A stretch of DNA of 63,771 nt, the filler included, from Licmophora abbreviata (taxonomy: Eukaryota): the NCBI GenBank assembly GCA_900291995.1. It is 13 parts of 13 records of this genome, joined end to end, with 100 filler letters (N's around TTAATTAATTAA, not from the genome) between each part and the next. Parts side by side here need not be neighbours in the genome. Positions count along the whole stretch, not along the records: positions 56,273 to 58,918 come from OLMU01001993.1; positions 59,019 to 62,538 come from OLMU01001999.1; positions 62,639 to 63,771 come from OLMU01002037.1; 10 more parts are not named here. One strand, given 5' to 3'. How positions within the stretch are numbered: position 1 is the stretch's first letter; each line of letters opens with the position of its first letter. This document shows positions 58,373-63,771 of this stretch, piece after piece. Both the position numbers and the translations under genes were made by a program. Under the pieces are notes generated by a model. It was given only the letters and a program-made list of their open reading frames with translations. It was not told the origin of the DNA and ran no database searches.

Positions 58373-59961
58373 CTAAAAGAACCATCGCCTGTCTGGTTTC
58401 GAAGTTGGTGAAGGGCTGGGTGCACGTGTTGGAAAAGGTACTGGTGCACGTGTCGGGCTGGGCGTCGGCGGAGGGCTCGGAGCACGAGTCGGCGGGTCAA
58501 CAGGAGCCCGTGTGGGGAAAGGGTTGACAGGTACCCCCGTTGGCGGTGCCCCGGCGGAAGAGTCGGCTGGGGGGTCAGCTGGGGCTCCAGTCGGGTCCAC
58601 AGGGGACGGAGTTGGCTCTACCGGAGAAGGCGTCGGGTTCACAGGAGCAGGGGTTGGCTCTACCGGAGAAGGCGTCGGGTCCACAGGAGAAGGGGTTGGC
58701 TCTACCGGAGGAAGCGTCGGCTCCACAGGTGCGACGGGAGGAGGCGTCGGGTCCACAGGAGAAGGGGTTGGCTCTACCGGAGGAAGCGTCGGCTCAACCG
58801 GAGCTACAGGAGGGGAAGTTGGCTCCACTGGTGCCACTGGAGGTGGCGTCGACTCGACAGGCGCCACGCCGGGGAGTGGCTCGCTGGGAGCCGGACTGGC
58901 GCTGGGGGCGCCGCTTGGNNNNNNNNNNNNNNNNNNNNNNNNNNNNNNNNNNNNNNNNNNNNTTAATTAATTAANNNNNNNNNNNNNNNNNNNNNNNNNN
59001 NNNNNNNNNNNNNNNNNNGAGTCGGAGACGGAGTAGGGTTCTTGGTGGGGGCTGGCGTTGGGTTCTTTGTGGGAGCCGGCGTCGGGTTGGGAGTCGGGTT
59101 CTTTGTGGGAGCTGGCGTCGGGCTAGATGTTGGGTTGGGAGTTGGGCTTGCCGTCGGATTGGGAGTTGGTTTCGGCGTGGGCGCAGGAGTTGGATTCGGA
59201 GTGGGATTGGGCGTGGGGCTTGGTGTCGGCGCCGATGTGCCACAAGAGCAGAAGCAAATGTATGAAATTCCACATGAGTTGGTAACCTCAACCTTGAGGC
59301 TCTTGACACTCTCGACGTCGAACGTTTCCTCTTGGAAAGCATTGTTTCCAAGACCAAGGATTTTCTGGACAAGAGTGTCGTTGTTGGCTTTCATGATCTC
59401 GAAGTAGGCCGTTTCAGGATCATCGATATCCAGCAAACCAATCGACAAGAGCTTTTCCGACGCACACGCAAAGTTGAAGGTGAAGCTTCCGCCAAAGGCA
59501 TTGTCATCTGGCCTCTCCTTGTCTTCCTCCTGGATGATAATAACGTTGCCCTGCATCTCGCAGTTTTCACCGGGCTTGCCGGGCTTGCCATCTTTGCCCA
59601 TTCCTGGACCAGGGTTGGCGGGATCACACATGGCGTTCGGGGCAGCGAGATCGGGATCCTCACTGTCGTAGGTGTAGGTGTCGAAGATGCGGGGCATGCC
59701 ATCGGGCGTAAACCCTCCGTTGGTAGAAGCAGCTTCGATGCTCACGCCGTACTCACTAAGCCATTCGTACTTGACGTAGTCTCCGTGCTTGAGGACATCA
59801 CCAGCCGGTGTCTTCGAGAAATCGATGCAAATCTTCGAAGAGCCAGCGGGACACTCATCTGGGGTAGTGGCCGCATCGCCCGTTGCATGGGCGGTCCATG
59901 ACGCAAGGGCGATCAGCGTCAAACGTACCAGCATGGTCGAAGATGATAGACTCTGCAACAT
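58373..59961 (-). CDS. Secreted Pro/Thr-rich (mucin/extensin-like) protein with N-terminal unnamed Cys/Gly/Pro domain; spans spacer 11
   Basis: Signal peptide, domain CIDF...DPDLAAPN..C...GPG.G..G.PG...ENC...GNVIIIQE...PDDNAFGG...ICFC, then PTPNPT, PVEPTPS and PTRAP repeats on both sides of the gap. Confidence 0.85.
58919..59018. other. Artificial scaffold spacer
   Basis: Same linker. Confidence 0.98.
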
Positions 59962-60989
59962 CTTCCAGCTCTGTTTGAAATTGTGAGCAATGCTTTTGTG
60001 AGTGTGGAGGAAAAGGAGCGTAAGGGAATAAGATCCGTGGATGGGAATGCCCGGTCACTGCGGAGATCTTATACCACTCAAGCCACGCGTGAGCTTCAAA
60101 CTGTGGTTGTCGTGATCAACAAGCTGGAAAAGCTAAGCCGAAACGGACGCTCGAGAGCACAAAAGGTGCGGACTCAAAGTGCACTCGTGAACGCTAAACC
60201 CGCCGCATACTGCGCTGCTACGCCTGAGTTCCCCAGCATCTCAATGACCATGTCCATGCATCGCGCCTTACATAGGCCAGCATCTCAATACAGTCTCGAG
60301 TCAATAAATGGAGCAGGTCATGGATCAAGATGTGGCTCACGCAAAGAGTAAAGCATCGCAATAGCCCCCCAGCCCCCCACAATGACCTTCCGTGAGCACA
60401 ATGAGAATGACATCCCTGCCCTACGGCCCCAAGCGAGATTGCGACTGATAACATATATGTCGCCAAAACAGCCCTTCGACGAGAGAAATAGCCCTTCAGC
60501 ACCTCATAATTCTAGTTAAGCCTCTCTCACACTGCTCTACCATACAAGCCTCAGGAGGCGAGTAGCACGGCCGTCCTTTGCGGGGCACCATCGTCGTTCT
60601 GTTCTTCCTACGCAGCACGCAACATCATTGTTCATCCTTCATCCCGTTCGTGTTTCGGAATTTTCGAGATTTTTGGAGCGACGACATTCCACTTCTCGGC
60701 GCCTTGGGTAAACTAGATTATACATGTATTTATATAAGGTCAATACACGAGCGTCAAGGAAGGGTCTTTTTGAATGACCCGGCACTTTTCAACTTGTACA
60801 TACCTCGCGATTCAATAAACGAGTTGACAATCGATTCTGACTCACTCGACTCAACTTGGTCCTCTATTGCAACATCGTTTCTCTTTTTCGTTTTCGATGT
60901 TCCGGTGATCTTGATTACTACGACGAGTACTACGATACACTGCTACATTGAACTACAGTTATCATACAGGGTCGCGCTGAAGACCCAAT

Positions 60990-62150
60990 TCATGCTGTCT
61001 CACCTCTTGACTGCGACCGCTGCCGCAGCATGTCCGGACGCGCTCGCAGAAAGTAGTACAAAAGCTGGCAATCATTGCTAACACGGGCCAGGGCGATCGG
61101 CCAACATCCCTGAGGAAGACTTGTATTACCAACGTGCTGACGTCCCATCCGATTAAGACTCACATAAAACTGCAGGTCCATGCTTTCCGCACGATATCGG
61201 TTCCACAAGGACAATCCTGAAAGTGTCTCATTGTGTCTTTTCAGTACGTTTGTTAAGGCCGTAATGGTCGAGCTCTTGATGGGATTGTTGAAGCTCAAGT
61301 CCAGCTCTCGCAGGTTTTTGTTGTTTCGAAGACTTTCGGCTAGTGCCAAGCCTCCCTCGGCACCGATGTAGTTTTCTCGGAGAAACAACACCCGGAGTGG
61401 TGGGCTCGTAGCGAGCGCTTGAGCAAGGGCTGACGCTCCCTTGTCTCTGATTTGATTGAAGTGCAACACAAGCTCCTCTAGATGAGAAAAGGGCAAGGCC
61501 TGTGCTAGAGCAGTGGAACCACGAGGACCAATTTTGTTTTCCTTGAGGCCGAGTACTCTTAACCGAGAATCGGCTTGGAGTAAGCACCGACTCAACGCGA
61601 CGGCACCCGCGTCCCCAATCTCGTTGCCATGTAAACCCAAGTTTTGAAGAGAGATGGCCATCTCTCCTGAATGAAGCAGCATATTGCAAACAAGGCCTGC
61701 ACCTTCGTCTCCTAAGTGATTGAAGGATAGATCGAGACTTTCAAGAGTGCTTGATGGTCGGTTTTCTGCTCTCGCCAACAAGACATCAGTCAGGTACTGG
61801 ACTGCTTCGACGTCCAGTTCATTCAACGTAACTTCTAATATTCGCAAACTCGGACAACGGCCAATACTATCAAACAGTCTATACAGCTGGTCTCTTGGCC
61901 ACGTGGAAACCAATTGGTTGCGTGACAGACTCAATTCTTCCAAATGGCAAGACTTGCTCAGTCCACTTGACAATCCTCGTCGATCGACCCGTTTTGTGAT
62001 TTCACATCCATCGAGATGCAGAGCTGTGAGTTGAGGATCATTTTTCCGTAGACGATGAATGGCGTCGTCCAAGGACATGGTCGTAGAGTCGCACATCATC
62101 ATCGCCGTCATCGCATCATGTTCATGTGTACTATGTGTTCCAAGGAACAC
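60990..62150 (-). CDS. RNI-like leucine-rich repeat protein (NLRC3-like LRRs)
   Basis: RLRKNDPQLTAL, repeated LxLxxNxIGDxGAxALAxAL units and a C-terminal LNRMGR...WP..L...LYYFLR. Confidence 0.88.
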   Translation of the reverse strand: MFLGTHSTHEHDAMTAMMMCDSTTMSLDDAIHRLRKNDPQLTALHLDGCEITKRVDRRGLSSGLSKSCHLEELSLSRNQLVSTWPRDQLYRLFDSIGRCPSLRILEVTLNELDVEAVQYLTDVLLARAENRPSSTLESLDLSFNHLGDEGAGLVCNMLLHSGEMAISLQNLGLHGNEIGDAGAVALSRCLLQADSRLRVLGLKENKIGPRGSTALAQALPFSHLEELVLHFNQIRDKGASALAQALATSPPLRVLFLRENYIGAEGGLALAESLRNNKNLRELDLSFNNPIKSSTITALTNVLKRHNETLSGLSLWNRYRAESMDLQFYVSLNRMGRQHVGNTSLPQGCWPIALARVSNDCQLLYYFLRARPDMLRQRSQSRGETA

Positions 62151-62538
62151 ATCCAGTCGCCCACGACTGAAGGTTAAATGGTGGCGGCGCCAAGAGTTGA
62201 GTCAGTCGAGCGAATCAATTACAGCGCGAACGGGAGGAAGAACCGCGCGCCGCCAACGACAAAGTCGAATGAATCGAATCATGAACTCCGTCGTCTCTTC
62301 CGCACTACTCGTATGATACTCGTAGTTTGCATCACCATGAGGAGAGCGTCGGAAGTCGACGGCACCCGCTGTGCAGAGGCCGTGGCGGCACTGTACTCTT
62401 CACTTCATCAGTCTCGATCACCCGAAGCTCTAGAACGGGCTTCTCGTCGTCGTACACGAACCGTGCAAGACATGAGAACATACATGAAACGAGTCGACTT
62501 GGAAGTGCCTTCGCGAATACCGGTCGTACATGTGACGG

Positions 62539-62638
62539 NNNNNNNNNNNNNNNNNNNNNNNNNNNNNNNNNNNNNNNNNNNNTTAATTAATTAANNNNNN
62601 NNNNNNNNNNNNNNNNNNNNNNNNNNNNNNNNNNNNNN
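62539..62638. other. Artificial scaffold spacer
   Basis: Same linker. Confidence 0.98.
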
Positions 62639-62703
62639 TTTTAACTCAAGCTTCGAATCTTTGTGCTTATCCTTTTTATCACTATTACTACTACACTTTT
62701 CAG

Positions 62704-63294
62704 TCCGTGACAATGAGCGCCTTTAGCACCGTGGGGGACGCTCTTGCCCAGCACCGTGATCTCCATCGAGCATCATCAACACGACCCGGACTGTCTTTTG
62801 ATTGGAAACGCAATCGTCGTTTCATGCTCAAGGGGCTTGGGTGTGGTCTTATTTGGAGTCTGTGGTATAAGATTGCGGAATACTGGAGTGATGTCATTGT
62901 TACCTGGATACTGTCGTCAGTCTGGAAAATGTCAATGGAGAACGGGGCTGAGTCCATCCTGCGGACAGTGACTTCCATGCTGCTAGAGCAGTTTATTGCT
63001 GCGCCGCTAGTCTATGCCTGTTGGGATCTACCGATCTTATGTCTATTGAATGGACGATCGCTTCGGACGATACCATCCGTCGTAAGAAAAAAGCTTCCAT
63101 TCTTCTTGTTGGCCCACTTCAAACTATGGACGCCGGTCAATATTGTTATTTACTCTATTCCGATCCAATGGCGTATCTTTACTCAGAGTTTCTTCGAGAT
63201 AATATGGGAGGCAATGGCGTCGACCATCGCCAGTACTACGACGGAAGACTCAGACAAAATGGATGATGGAATCGTGAAACCGAAAACCGAATAA
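62704..63294 (+). CDS. Mpv17/PMP22-family membrane protein (3' exon; 5' exon probably at or before spacer 12)
   Basis: GDALAQ, FDWKRNRRF, EQFIAAP and LWTPVNIVIYSIPIQWR motifs. Pyrimidine tract and acceptor ttttcag end at 62703. Confidence 0.85.
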   Translation, partial: SVTMSAFSTVGDALAQHRDLHRASSTRPGLSFDWKRNRRFMLKGLGCGLIWSLWYKIAEYWSDVIVTWILSSVWKMSMENGAESILRTVTSMLLEQFIAAPLVYACWDLPILCLLNGRSLRTIPSVVRKKLPFFLLAHFKLWTPVNIVIYSIPIQWRIFTQSFFEIIWEAMASTIASTTTEDSDKMDDGIVKPKTE

Positions 63295-63483
63295 TAGGCA
63301 GACAGGTGGAGCTGTTCCTGCCTCCAGTTGAGGAACACCTTCACCGTCGAACCTTCTTGGAAGTTGGAACATAGATCTTTTGTAACTAGATGGATAGACA
63401 GTGCTTTCGTGCCGAGCGACCTATCATACACAGTCTGTCATCCGTACGGAGAAGGAGCTGCCATATGGCGCGCCACGTAACCC

Positions 63484-63771
63484 TTACGCCTTAGCGTCTT
63501 TCATTTCCAAACGGACTAAAGTTTCTTTGGAAAAGTTTTGCTGGTGGCTGAGGAAGATGTTGCCGTCTGCATCAGAATCGATCAGAATTCTTTCTCGCTT
63601 CAACTTCTGACGCCGACCGCAAGCCCTAGTACTTGTTATTAAACGAACCAGAGGAGCCGAGTCAGAACAAAGACTTTGTTGTTGGTGGTGTTGCAGCTGG
63701 GCACAAAAGGCAGTCAATCCAGGTCTTGCCGTGTAGCTTGTGCGTTCATGACGAAGATTTTATCGCTTTTG
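63484..63771 (-). CDS. Possible exon of a gene entering from the right edge
   Basis: Frame open from the window edge to a GTAAG donor-like site near 63486. No recognisable motif. Confidence 0.25.

Noticed and set aside
58500..58870. Regularly spaced direct repeats resembling a CRISPR array
   Set aside because: They are coding [12 protein letters not shown] repeats with no unique spacers and no cas genes, in a eukaryotic context.
55073..59407. Gly/Val-rich plus-strand ORFs (GVGAGVG, GSTGG) resembling elastin or silk
   Set aside because: These are antisense shadows of the Pro/Thr repeats on the minus strand, which carries the signal peptide, domains and splice sites.

Overview
Gene-dense eukaryotic nuclear DNA, most likely a diatom. 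The evidence is short GT-AG introns of about 75-125 bp, signal-peptide+Phe plastid leaders, a CoDi-like copia fragment, and R-x-L and Pro/Thr-rich secreted proteins. It is a draft scaffold: 13 contigs are joined by 12 artificial 100-bp spacers (44 N + TTAATTAATTAA + 44 N). About 12 genes carry small indel frameshifts, including essential SRP68, so most are probably consensus errors. Bases 1-44 kb hold housekeeping and accessory genes: patched/NPC1-like, GST-like, IWR1-like with ankyrin repeats, Na+/H+ exchanger, DUF676 esterase, RTF2, F-box/LRR, TPR, kinase, SRP68, TMF1 golgin, VOC protein, S28 peptidase, two DUF3605 paralogues, AldA-like dehydrogenase, rhomboid and GmhB-like phosphatase. Several bacterial-type enzymes have gained organelle-targeting leaders, and one DUF3605 duplicate retains a decayed copy of its leader. 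The most unusual part is 44-60 kb, a run of secretory-pathway genes. It contains a trypsin, a GT31 glycosyltransferase, a ~1,300-aa mosaic protein, a carbonic-anhydrase-like domain with altered Zn ligands that is probably fused to Pro/Thr stalks, an unnamed Cys/Gly/Pro domain and a DUF11-like fold, and a second Pro-rich protein with the same unnamed domain. This is a candidate extracellular-matrix, cell-wall or adhesion locus, which is an inference. All family calls come from motif recognition by eye; no database searches were run.
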